A stretch of DNA of 64,000 bases, from positions 28,150,001 through 28,214,000 of the forward strand of contig NC_087437.1 of NCBI RefSeq assembly GCF_036321535.1. The letters are read 5' to 3'. The translations under genes and the position numbers were made by a program. The first letter of the stretch is position 1; every line of letters begins with the position of its first letter. The DNA comes from Camelus dromedarius (taxonomy: Eukaryota). Shown one piece after another: positions 23,370 to 33,714 of this stretch. Under the pieces are notes generated by a model, which searched no databases, had not been told where the DNA came from, and saw only the letters and a program-made list of their open reading frames with translations.

Positions 23370-25958
23370 ATTCTGTCTCCATTGCACAGTCTGGTGTCAT
23401 TCTCCTTAAAGCCCATGAGAATGCAGCTGTCTGTAATTCTTTTGTACAGCCTGCATGACTAGATGCACCAGCAGAGCACCAGTAACATGAGTTGAGGCTG
23501 GAGCAAAAACTTGAGGCGCTTCTCCTGTCTATAAAAACAACTTGATTAAACTATGTGTTATAAAACTCAAGGGTCCATCTGGGGCGCCGTGATTCAATAA
23601 TGAATTTAAATAAAGAGTAGAGAAGAGGTATTTACATACGCAGTTACTGTACAATAAGTGCACTTCAAGATTCTTCATAGTGCCCAGCCACCACCTCTTC
23701 TTGTTCAGGTCTAAAGACCATCTCTTTATTATCAAATCCATTCATTACTACTATGAGATGTGCTGTTACTGGCTAATTTTGTATCTCCCTCTATGAGAAA
23801 AAAGAGCAAAACTTTTGCTGCTCATGATGGCACAGTTTTTCCTAACTTTTTTGTATTGAAATAATAAAGATATTCTTACCTCTCCAGATCTTTAATACAA
23901 TTTTTAAAATGCTGGTTGCGTTTTCACGTGTGGTGCTAAATCAACCATTGTGCCACTTGTGAATATTGACTCTTATTGATTGTTTCTAAAGTTATTACTC
24001 TGCTTCTTTGAAGATAACCAGATGTGTAAGTCTTACCCAGGATATCCTGAAATGTGAATGGTAATTCATATCCTGATCATGTTAAATTCATCATTCAGCA
24101 ATCTGTAGTATAGAAATTGCACAGCACATCTTCTGTGTCTTCTCTTGAACTCTTTAGTCTGTAATATCTGCATTCCTAGAGTGTTATCTCTTTCATTATT
24201 GATTACACCCTAGCCTTTCACGTACCATCACCAGCAAAGAAGATAGATGAGGGGCCCATGTGAGTGAGAAGAGGAGTCCCACTTGCATAAAGAATGTCCA
24301 TCCTTCAAACACTACAGCTTAAGAGTGACCCAGGAGAGTGCAGTGTTACCACATCAATCAGAAGGCTGCGCTGGCATTGAGGAGCACCAGTCTCAAAAGC
24401 CCCTGGAGGAGACAGGTGGAGCTGGTACAGAACCTGCAGAGGTCCTAGCAATGAGGGATAAAGGATTCTACCATGTTGTAAAGGATTCCACCACTACTGT
24501 TCAGTGCCATAGACCAGAGATAGCACTGCAGTGGGAACATACATGGGTGAGAACCAGCTGACACATCTACACACAGGGCTCAAGCCTAAAGGTCAGAAAT
24601 GGACCACTGGTAGCTGCAAGTTCTGAACAAATCCAGTGTCTAACATAAGTGATCACCCCAAATCAGCATGTCAGAACTATTTTGGTTTACTGGTCTTGCA
24701 TGATCCCATGAAAGAAATACCTCACCAGCCAATGGGAGGAATTTGCCTATCAGGACACCTTCCTCAACTATAGGCACAATTTGCAATGTTCCTCAGGATA
24801 TCTTGGCAACTCCATATTCAAGGTAGAGAGGTAAGAATGTCCTAAAAGGAAGAAATAGGAAGCTGTTCTAGGCTTGGAGCACCTAATCCATACTGCACTG
24901 CAGGCCCTAGACAGTGCCAGCCACTGGAGAGCGACTTTGAAAATTTCGAGTTTGGTACATCTCGACAACCAGGATCATGTCCATCAGGTCTGGGCTTCAG
25001 AGAACCCCAACCAGTTAGCACTGCAAGCTGGAGCTGGTCCCAAGCGTAATAGAGGGCGACTCAAAAATATTTGAGGAAGGCATTCAAAAGCATGAGTACC
25101 CTGAGGCATGGGTTCTAGTGCAGCACCTGACTTGCTCATGTCTCATGGTGGTTCTAATCAGTGGTATTGATTCGGAATATAGGAGTCTCCCTTGGACTTC
25201 TTTTTTTGCACTGCAGTTAAAAGCTAACAGCTATTAACCATTTTGGATGTTTTAACCATTTTGTTAACAACCTGTAATGTACTCTTTCTTCACATTCACT
25301 AATAATCGCATGTGGTAATTATTAACTATCACACATAGGAGGAAAGTGACTTTAAGAAATTGAGTGACCTATAAAGTATCACACAAATAATAAATATTGG
25401 AGCCACGAATTGAATCTGAGTCTATTTAACATCAAAATCCATGCTCTTGAAGGTGACCATAAACTCCCTATTCTCTGAGGTAGGAGGTAAAAGTCATGAG
25501 TAATCCTAACTGGCCTGACTCTAGTCATGTGTCCTTGAATCAAACTCTCTCTAGTATCAAAGATGTAGGCTATTTGATTCAATCAGAACTACTTGTGGAG
25601 AAGAGGGCAGGTTCGGTCCCAAAAAACCACTCAACTGAGAAGCTCATGGTCCTGTTAGGAAAACAAAAAGGTGAAAGAGATAATAGAGATAGAAATATTT
25701 CTGTATTTGTAATGTTATGAAGAATCACCTTGTTTTGTGAGTAGGGGACAGGAGTTTAAAATAATATAGAAAGCAACATACATAAAGGAATTTTTCCAGG
25801 ACTCCTTTAAAATCCAGAAGATTTTAGATGTCCATTTTGAAAGTAAATATTTTCCCGTGCATTTAGAATAGTCTCTGGGCCTTTAAACCCCTTCTTTCAT
25901 CATCTATCATGGCAGCTCTGGAATTTCCATCTTAATGTGAGCCATCACTTTTTTTCAT
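23370..25958 (-). pseudogene. Decayed multi-exon BTB-BACK-Kelch (KLHL-family) gene
   Basis: Exon 25958-25782 (donor GTATGT, phase 0). Exon 25651-~25510 (acceptor tctctttcacctttttgttttcctaacag; DHELLS*VVFWDRTCP..HK/VVL...GHMT/ES = BTB first half). Exon 25210-23880 (AKKEV..LLYSESIPL..RCC; PCLRVL; AFLKYF; KLEIFKVALQWL; QDILRNIANC/IVEEG; SKPK/SDMLIWG; Kelch remnants GGILYNMVESFIP, GPLIY, QW/DLAP; donor GAG|GTAAGA). Exon 23790-23640 (acceptor ttttgctcttttttctcatag; SNEWI, RRGGG; donor GTATGT). Exon 23528-~23370 (SSHAGCT, ILMGF). Many stops and frameshifts. Confidence 0.75.
25320..25450 (-). mobile_element. MIR SINE in an intron of the KLHL-like pseudogene
   Basis: ataggaggaaagtgactttaagaaattgagtgacc...atcacaca...ggagccacgaattgaatctgagtct. 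Confidence 0.6.
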
Positions 25959-25989
25959 GTTTCTAAAAGTTACCTGGATGTATGTACCA

Positions 25990-26880
25990 TTTCCCGATAT
26001 CCTATCTAGGGTGTAAGATTTTGTATTCCAGAAGAGTGTGTGTTCCCAATTCAGTCCATCATAATCCAGACCCATGAGTAATCTCCCAGCTCCTGCTGAT
26101 ACATAATGGCTAGTTCTGAAGCTCTTTCATCCTTTCCTTCCTTAGGTGACTCAGAATATCTCTAGCCAGGTTATATCGGGACATAATCCTAGTTACTGGC
26201 CTGGCAGCCAGGAAGGGAGGCTAAGGAAGATCCTAAGGCCAGGTGGGGAGAGGGCAGTGAAATGTTATCTTTCAAGGGAGGGGGAAATAATAGCCTTTAT
26301 TAGAGAGAAGTGAGCCACTTCTCAATGCTCAGTGAGTCCAGAGGAATCTAGGGAATCAGGATTTCATGTGCATCAACGCAGATGTGACCATTCCATGTGC
26401 AGGCTTCCATTCTTTCCCAAACAGGACTCTGAACACAGCATAGAGACCTGTAACTTTAACCTTTTTTGGAGCTTGACTTCTCTGAGAATTAAGTCCTGGG
26501 CCTGGGCCTCAGCATTTTCTACTATCTCACTTCAGAAAACGTGAGCCTCTTTATAGGCTATCTGGCTTTCACACTTAGATTTTAATTGCTGATTAATCCC
26601 TCTCAGCTTTTTGTCATCTTTCCCAACTTCCACTGAGTTTAACAATAGCCATTTAACTCCATTGTCCCCATAGTTACTGCTTTCTCTGTATCTATGAACC
26701 ACACCAGCTACCATATTCTCCACTGACAGAGCATCCCAGTTCACCAATGGTGAGCATTTGTACTGCTAACTTGTCCCACGGGCTGTCTGTACTCCTTGAG
26801 GAAACAATAATGGAGTGCCTATTGCCCTCTAGGCTACCCACCCCCCTAAACATAATAGCATTTGTTTTCTTATACTACTT
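25990..26880 (-). mobile_element. ERVL internal region (ERV3-16A3/ERVL-type gag remnant)
   Basis: Minus ORF 26532-26747 NYGDNGVKWLLL...KLRGINQQLKSKCESQ..YKE matches the ERVL/MLT gag N-terminal pattern. Confidence 0.8.
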
Positions 26881-26897
26881 TAATGTGGGCCGTCCTC

Positions 26898-27350
26898 TGT
26901 CATAGGCTGAGTTTCCCAGGAAGCAGACACTGAGATGGGTATTAGCATGTAGCACGTTAATTTAGGAGTGCTCTTAGGATCAGCACCTGATAAGGGAGGG
27001 GATGAAAGCAGGATTGGGCAGAGGGAGAAGTTGAACTCTGGCGAACCCCCATTGAAAGCCTCAACTGACTACCTGGTCAGCCCTCAAGCCGGGATGGCCC
27101 TTTAGAATCATCCTGAGTTGTAGTGAGGGTGGGGGGCCAAGCATTTATGTCTCTGCATTAACGAGCCATCGTGTATGGGCTTTCCTGGAAGGAAGTGTTG
27201 CCTTGGGTGAGGGAGTTGTCTCTGGCCAAGGAAATTCCCAAGAAGAGTAGACCACAGGGGCCATCTTCTAGTAGCACTTTTGGGTTTTAGGGGACTAAGT
27301 ATTTCACTCCTGAAGAGTAATTTTGATCACACCTCACAATGTGCACCTCA
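26898..27350 (-). mobile_element. LTR16A-type ERVL LTR (5' LTR of the adjacent internal fragment)
   Basis: tgtcataggctgagtttcccaggaagcagacactgagat...aagcaggattgggcagagggagaagttgaact...gggatggccctttaga matches antisense LTR16A. Confidence 0.8.
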
Positions 27351-30078
27351 AAATCCAAGTAAAATGTAAGTGAACGTTGAGTTAGGCACATAGTCTTTCC
27401 ATGTCTGTCCTGGGCTGTTGACTTTTGGAAATAGGTAATATGGCCCTTCCTAGTCCTGGCAGCAAGAAATTATATAAATCTAGACGATTTCAGCAAGACT
27501 CTTCATATTTTTTTATTATTTATTTTTATTATGTTTTTTACTTTCTGTAAGTGAGAAAGACATAGTCCAGGGAGACTTTGTCCCTGTGAAGCACTAGGAA
27601 TAAGAGATATTCAGATTATAAAAGATGTCATATTTTTGTCTCAGGAAAAAATAACCATAGGAATATGCCCAACTGGCAATGTCTTTTTTTTTTTCTAACC
27701 CCAAATAAGAGCAATTAACGTTAGGGAACTTTAGGAAGGAATTCATTCTATTTAAGTACTCTAATACCATCTTATTTGTTATGTTAACAAATTTAAAATT
27801 TGATATGAAAAAATTTAAATAGATTAACCAATATAGTTTTGGTCTCTCATTTTATAATCACAGCAAAATATTTTAAAAATTAAAATACTATACCAATTCC
27901 TTTGTATTTTTTCATTTTTATGAAGTTGCTCTGTAATTATTGCTTTATGACCTCATGGTATTTAATCCTCTGACTTTATGATCAGTTCTTTAATAATTTA
28001 GATGATCATTTAAAGTAAATATTAACACTAAGAGGAAACAAAGAGATTATGTAGTAAAATAAAACTCTTTATCTTTCAGATTAAAAAACCTGAGATCCAG
28101 TTAGGCTATCTAAATTACTGGAGTAAACATAAGAAATTAGAGGAAGAACTTGGACTTAGCAGGGAAAGGAGAGAGAGTTAGTTTTACTTCTGCAAATACT
28201 AACAGGTATTCCTTTTCAATATAGTGCTTCGTATGTTCTTTTCTGGTCACGTACTAATATTGTCAAACATTAAAAACAAACTTTTGAAGAATAGTTAAGT
28301 TTTTTTTGACAACTGCCTAAACAAACAAACAAAAAACCCAAAAGATATAAAAAATCTAAAGGGATAGTAAAAATTTTAATAACTTTATAAAGATCCATAT
28401 TTGATCATATTTAATAACTGATTTAATAGAGTATGCTCAATAGCAATAACAAATTTAAAGAAATAATTCAGACTTTGTCCTAAAAGAGTTGTTCAATTTT
28501 TATTCTTCTTCCTTATCCATTTCCTTGCCCTTTCATTTTGAATTATGTATAAGAAAGTCTATTTCAGACGAAAATAGGGTCAGGGAGCTCAGAGGATAAC
28601 GTTCAAGATATCCATACAACCATTTTTCAGGTAAAAGCAAACATAACTCTTTTACTTTTGTAAATTCCTTAATGGAAAAATTGTTGAGGAAAAAATTCCT
28701 ATGTCAACAGTAGAGCTACTCTCTGCATCTAAAAAAGTGAAATCCAAACATTTCAGACATTTATTTAACAAGAAATTCTAAGTTTAATATCCTCAGAGGT
28801 GTCAGTGTCTTTCAGAAATAAACATTGCTTAAATGCTTAATTATTCAAAGGCTGTAAAATTCTGTTGAGGGATATAGTACAAAGATCAAAATGAATGTCC
28901 AAGTTAATAAACTACCCAATGATCCCTACAAACGAATATTTTGCACCTGTTTTAATATCTAATCTCCAGAGTACATGGGAACAGCAGAAAATACTATAGC
29001 CAAAGGTTGTTATCCTCTTATTCACTGTCCTTTCTCTGCAGCCTTTACCTTGATTTCTTCTCCCATGCTCCCCCACCCAGTTCCCCAGCCCTACTTTCTC
29101 TGCCTTGTCAGATCAGGTCTCTAAGGCCTGTTCTAAGTCTAATCAGTTCCTTGGGTCTGACTTTCCTCTGACCCTACTTAAAGTTTATGCTTTATCTTTT
29201 TCACCTGCTCTTATTCAGCCTTCTTCACATTTCTTGGGGTCCCACCTGTAATAATTTAGTCTGAACTACACCATAAATTTCTTAAAGGTTGTGACTATAC
29301 TTGGATCTTTCTTTCTTGGATCTCTAATAACACCCTCCAGTGTTGCCTTACATCTCCCTGCAAGATGAGAGAATATTTGCACTTCCTTTTTGGTGATAAC
29401 CTTGTCAGAAAGAAGTCAAGGTGGAAGGAGAGTGTGCTGTGGAGTAAATAACACCTAGGTCACTGACAAAATAGGAGCCTGTGGGAAAGACAGCCAATGT
29501 TTAAAAATTTGAACAAAAGAATATTGGGGATAAGAAATTAAATTTCTTCTAGGAAAACATATATTCTCTTCCTCTGATCTTAGGCATTTCATTTTACCTC
29601 ATTCTGTTTCATTTGCCTTTAAATCATAAAACTCTGTGGCTTCATTTCTACTGGTGTAGTTTTCTCTTATTATTTACACAGGATGATTGCATATTTACTC
29701 TCGAGGAGAAAGAAAATACGTATTGAAAGACCTTTGTCATTGAACCAGCTAGGAAGCTTTAATCTATTAAGAATAGCCTTTTAGTGCCGTGAATGCTTTT
29801 TATCTTTGTGTGAATTACCCTTTGGCATGCCAAAAGCAGACATCAAAAGGACCCCAAAGCTCCCCAACAAAGTGGCCAAGATTCTTTGCGGTTTTTTGGT
29901 AATTAGTTTTAAAAGGTCTGTCCAAAGCCAGGAGTTTGAGTGTCTCAATGATAGGAAACACCTTGCACTCAGGATACCTTCTTGGAAAACCCTCCCCTTG
30001 ACAGCAGTACACATATGAAGTTGGATGTTGTGTATCTCAAGGATTGCTGTTCCACAATCTCAAATATTCAACAGCTTT

Positions 30079-30079
<1 letters not shown>

Positions 30080-30117
<38 letters not shown>
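30080..30117. repeat. (GTT)n microsatellite
   Basis: Directly visible. Confidence 0.95.
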
Positions 30118-30409
30118 ATTAGTTTGTTTGATTTTGTTCTTTCTGTCAAAATCCTCCCAGAGAACAATAAGTGGGGGCTGGAAGGATTTATGTTCTTAGA
30201 TTCAGATAACTGTTGCCTGATCTATACTGTCTCTTCTGAACATGTCAGATAAGGAAGATTTTCCCAAAAGGATTTATGCCTCTCCATGCATTCTTTCCTA
30301 TAACCATTCTTTAGTGCATTTGCCTCATGTCTGTTGCTTGAAAAATCAAACCACTGGAGTCCACTTAGTTATTAAAAATCATCATCAGTGTAGTTCTAAT
30401 AAACCAACT

Positions 30410-31095
30410 CCAATGCCAACTTTATTCATAAGAGCTACAAACTGGAAATAGTTCAGGATCTAACAACAGGAGAATGAGTTAACCAACCATAGTATATTCG
30501 TATAGTAGAATACTAATTGGCAATAAAAAAGAATATGTTGCTTATACATAAAAATATGAATGATTCTCAAAACTATTATGCTGAGTGGATGCATCCTTAC
30601 CCCAAAGAGTACATACTGCACCATTACATTTATATAAAATTCTAGAATGGGCAAAACTAATCTATGGCATAAAGAAGTCAGAACAATATATCCCTCAGGG
30701 AAGGGAGGTGAAAATTGACTGGAAAAGGATTAAGGGTCATGGTAACAGGGATATAGTTTACACGAGTGTATTTTTTGTCATAAAGGAACAAATTTACACC
30801 TAAGATTTGCCCACTTTATTGTAAATAAGTTTTATATAAAAAGAATATACAAATATTTTATCCTGGTTAACAATGTATGTTGCAGTATGTAGAGAGAAGT
30901 GTGACATTTGCTTTGAAATATATCAAAAAATAAGATTTGTTAGATTGATGGATTTTAGAAGGATCGCTAAATAGATGGATAGATGATAAAGTAAAATGTT
31001 AATAGCAAGGATAAATGTAGGTGTATTGGTGTTTACTGTAAAATAATTTCAAGTTTGTGGTATGTTTGAAATTTTTCATAATATAGTGATGGAAG
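30410..31095 (+). mobile_element. L1ME-type 3' UTR
   Basis: caactttattcataagagctacaaactggaaat...ctcaaaactattatgctgagtgga...ggcaaaactaatctatgg. Confidence 0.75.
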
Positions 31096-31939
31096 AAAGA
31101 GGAGCACTAGCTAATTGTTCTTGGTATTTTATTCCTAGCTAGTCTTATTAATTTTTTTAGAATTTGAGTGCATGTGCTGTTTTTTTTGGTTTCCTCAGGG
31201 AAATAAGGACACTGGGTATGAGAATATAAGAATGGTAATTCTGTTATTTGAACTTTTACAACTATTGAGAATAACTTCATTAGGTGTTGAGTGAAAAATT
31301 CAGACTTGCCTATTAAATAAATCCAAATCAAATGGCCTGTGAATTAATTCTAATTTTCCTTATGGGTTGAACTTTACTTAAAAAAATGACTAGGTGCTTA
31401 TAGGTTTTTAAGACTATTAAAATAAAAGCCTTAAAAAAAATAGTCTTAACCCCTAATATTGAAGGTCCTGTACCATCTGGAGTCAGGTCCAATCTCATGC
31501 ATTTCCCCTAGAGGATAGAGTTAACATATGAGGATTATAATCTCTTTAGCTATAATTTCCTTTAATCCATTTACAATCTCATTAAAATCTCCCCCAAACT
31601 CTATGATAGACCTGTTGTCAACACCATTTAATGTATCTTTTTGTAATTCATTATCTGAAATGGAAACTTGGTAATTTTAGTAACTTTGAAAAATATAGAA
31701 AAGAATAAAAAAAATTAATTCATATTTTTCCAAGCACAAACTTTAGGACACATTTTATACGTTTCCTCTTTATAAGCATCTTTTACTTTTTGTTCAGTTT
31801 TCTACCACTGTTTTATTTTTTCCCTAAATGTTATTGTCTATTTTCAACATGATTATGATTCAGCATTATTATGGTTATATTTTATTATTACATAGCATTT
31901 CTTCAAATAAATTAAATCTACTGTAATTATTCCTCTAGA

Positions 31940-32390
31940 ATTCACTTATTTACTCATTCATTAAAAAAATGTATTAAGTGCTTTCATGTGCTAGATATTA
32001 TGGTAGGTTCTGAGAAAATATGGGCTAGCCAAATAGTGATGATTATCCTTGTGGAATTTCCAGCCTAACAGGGATAATAGATATTTTTTAAAGATATACA
32101 AGTCAGCAAATAAGCACAAATCGTGTTAAGGAATATAAAGGGGAAGAAATTTACAGTTTTTTGAGAAAGTATACTGGAGGCTCTAATATTTATTTGAATT
32201 TTAGAAGGAATTACAGCCAACTCAATATCCTCTGGGTTTTCTTTCTACATGTTTGTTTCTCTTATCTTTCAACAGAAATATAAACTGGGAAGGTGGAGAT
32301 TTTTACTTTGTCATATTTTTATCTCCATGTAATAGTAAAGATAGTATCTTGAACACAGAACACTCAGTATATATGTATTTAATTTATTCA
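31940..32390. mobile_element. L2 fragments
   Basis: ttcattcattaaaaaaatgtattaagtgctttcatgtgctagat (antisense L2 3' end) plus a sense L2 tail at ~32270-32390. Confidence 0.55.
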
Positions 32391-33714
32391 TAATTTTCTA
32401 TATGTATTTGGTTTCCTCTTGGGGTTTTCTCATTTTTTTGGTAGTGTTTCTTTTGTTTGTTTTTATCTTTCCTTTATTTCTTTAATCACATAAAATTGAT
32501 GGTAAACTCAAAATTTGAGTATGACACATAAAGAAAATAAAATGGGAGACCTGATAGATATTGCTAAGGTCTAATTCCTTATACTTGATTTACACATTTC
32601 ATTCTTCTGTATTTAAATTTTTTTAAGTTTTAACAAAATTGACTGTCACTAGTGAGAGCATCATGGCCTGTGATCTCATTATTTTCATTTAGTGTATCTA
32701 TAAGCAGTATTTTCTCTATGTCTTCTTTAAAAAAAATCCTGTAAATCTCTTAAATTTGATTATAACAAGGGGTTGAATTTGTGAAAAGTTAGAGTCCCAC
32801 ACTTTCTTGTATGCATCTATGTTTTGCATTTTCTTTTACTTTAGGGGACAAGAGGCACATTCTTCAGTAGCAATAAGGTTTTCACAGGATTTAAAGGAAT
32901 TTGTAAGATAAAGAAACAGATTGGTAATAAGATGACAAATGTAATTGCCTTCACAATGAAGTGTCACTGTTTTATCTATGTGGGCTCTATGGGGGCACTT
33001 CCAAAAGATGTGATCTTCTTTGAGAATAAAATTGGAATCATACTTAGACAGCGCTCATCTTGAGTCTTTCCATTCTCTAAGAACATTATTTCAATTTGAA
33101 TGGTTTTCATGGCCTGAAAGGTAATTCACAGTACAAAATGGTGTGGCATAAGTGAGAAATATTAAAAACATATTTCAGCAATGTTGACTCACAAAGATAT
33201 TCTAGATTTCATTTCTTTAGTAATCCTCTGAAATATAGAGCAGTTTGATTTATAGATATAATTTTTAAGTACAGAGCAAAAGCCCTAAAAAGAAAAGAGT
33301 GTCTATAATTCTTTCTCAATATAGTTTGACATTGAAACTTCAATAATGTATTGAAAAATGTTAGAGTGAAATTTTTATACTTTATTGACATTAAAATTTC
33401 AATTTATCTTTGTCATAGGGAACTAAATTATATTTGATATAAACCCTTTTTAAAGAAAAAGATTGTATTTCAAATTAATTTATATCAACAGTACCTTCTG
33501 CACAGAAGATACATGGTAAATATTGAATGGGTGGATAAATAAATGAATAAATGAATAAATGACCTCCCCTATCAGACTAAATGTTCTGTGGCAGTACCTT
33601 CTTATCTAGTCTCCATGGTACTAGTTTTGTTTCATTTTAGTTTTTTTTAAAATAACACTCCTAGAGCTTGAACAAAAGACCAAAATGATAATAACTTTAA
33701 AATGAAATTAAAAG

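Larger units (their letters stand above)
27400..33120 (+). pseudogene. Possible decayed exon chain of an unidentified gene
   Basis: Segments with canonical splice signals: ~27400-27546 (donor GTAAGT, hydrophobic end), 28568-28630 (63 nt, open: TKIGSGSSEDNVQDIHTTIFQ), 29682-29898, 32845-32902, ~32975-33120. No confident family assignment. Confidence 0.3.

Noticed and set aside
23390..24226. Plus-strand reading with scattered CASD1-like peptides (EHQ*HEL/GW, LVAFSRVVLNQP/IVPLV, NCTAHLLCLLL)
   Set aside because: Needs repeated frameshifts and overlaps the minus-strand Kelch model, which has stronger splice sites and coherent domain order. Probably pattern over-fitting, though a PF07779 search would settle it.
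24220..24226. GTACGT as the donor ending the large KLHL exon
   Set aside because: Kelch-like remnants continue to a stronger GAG|GTAAGA donor at 23879
29781..30060. Minus ORF CTAVKGRVFQEGILSARCF as a BTB exon
   Set aside because: A better BTB match with proper splice sites exists at 25651-25100
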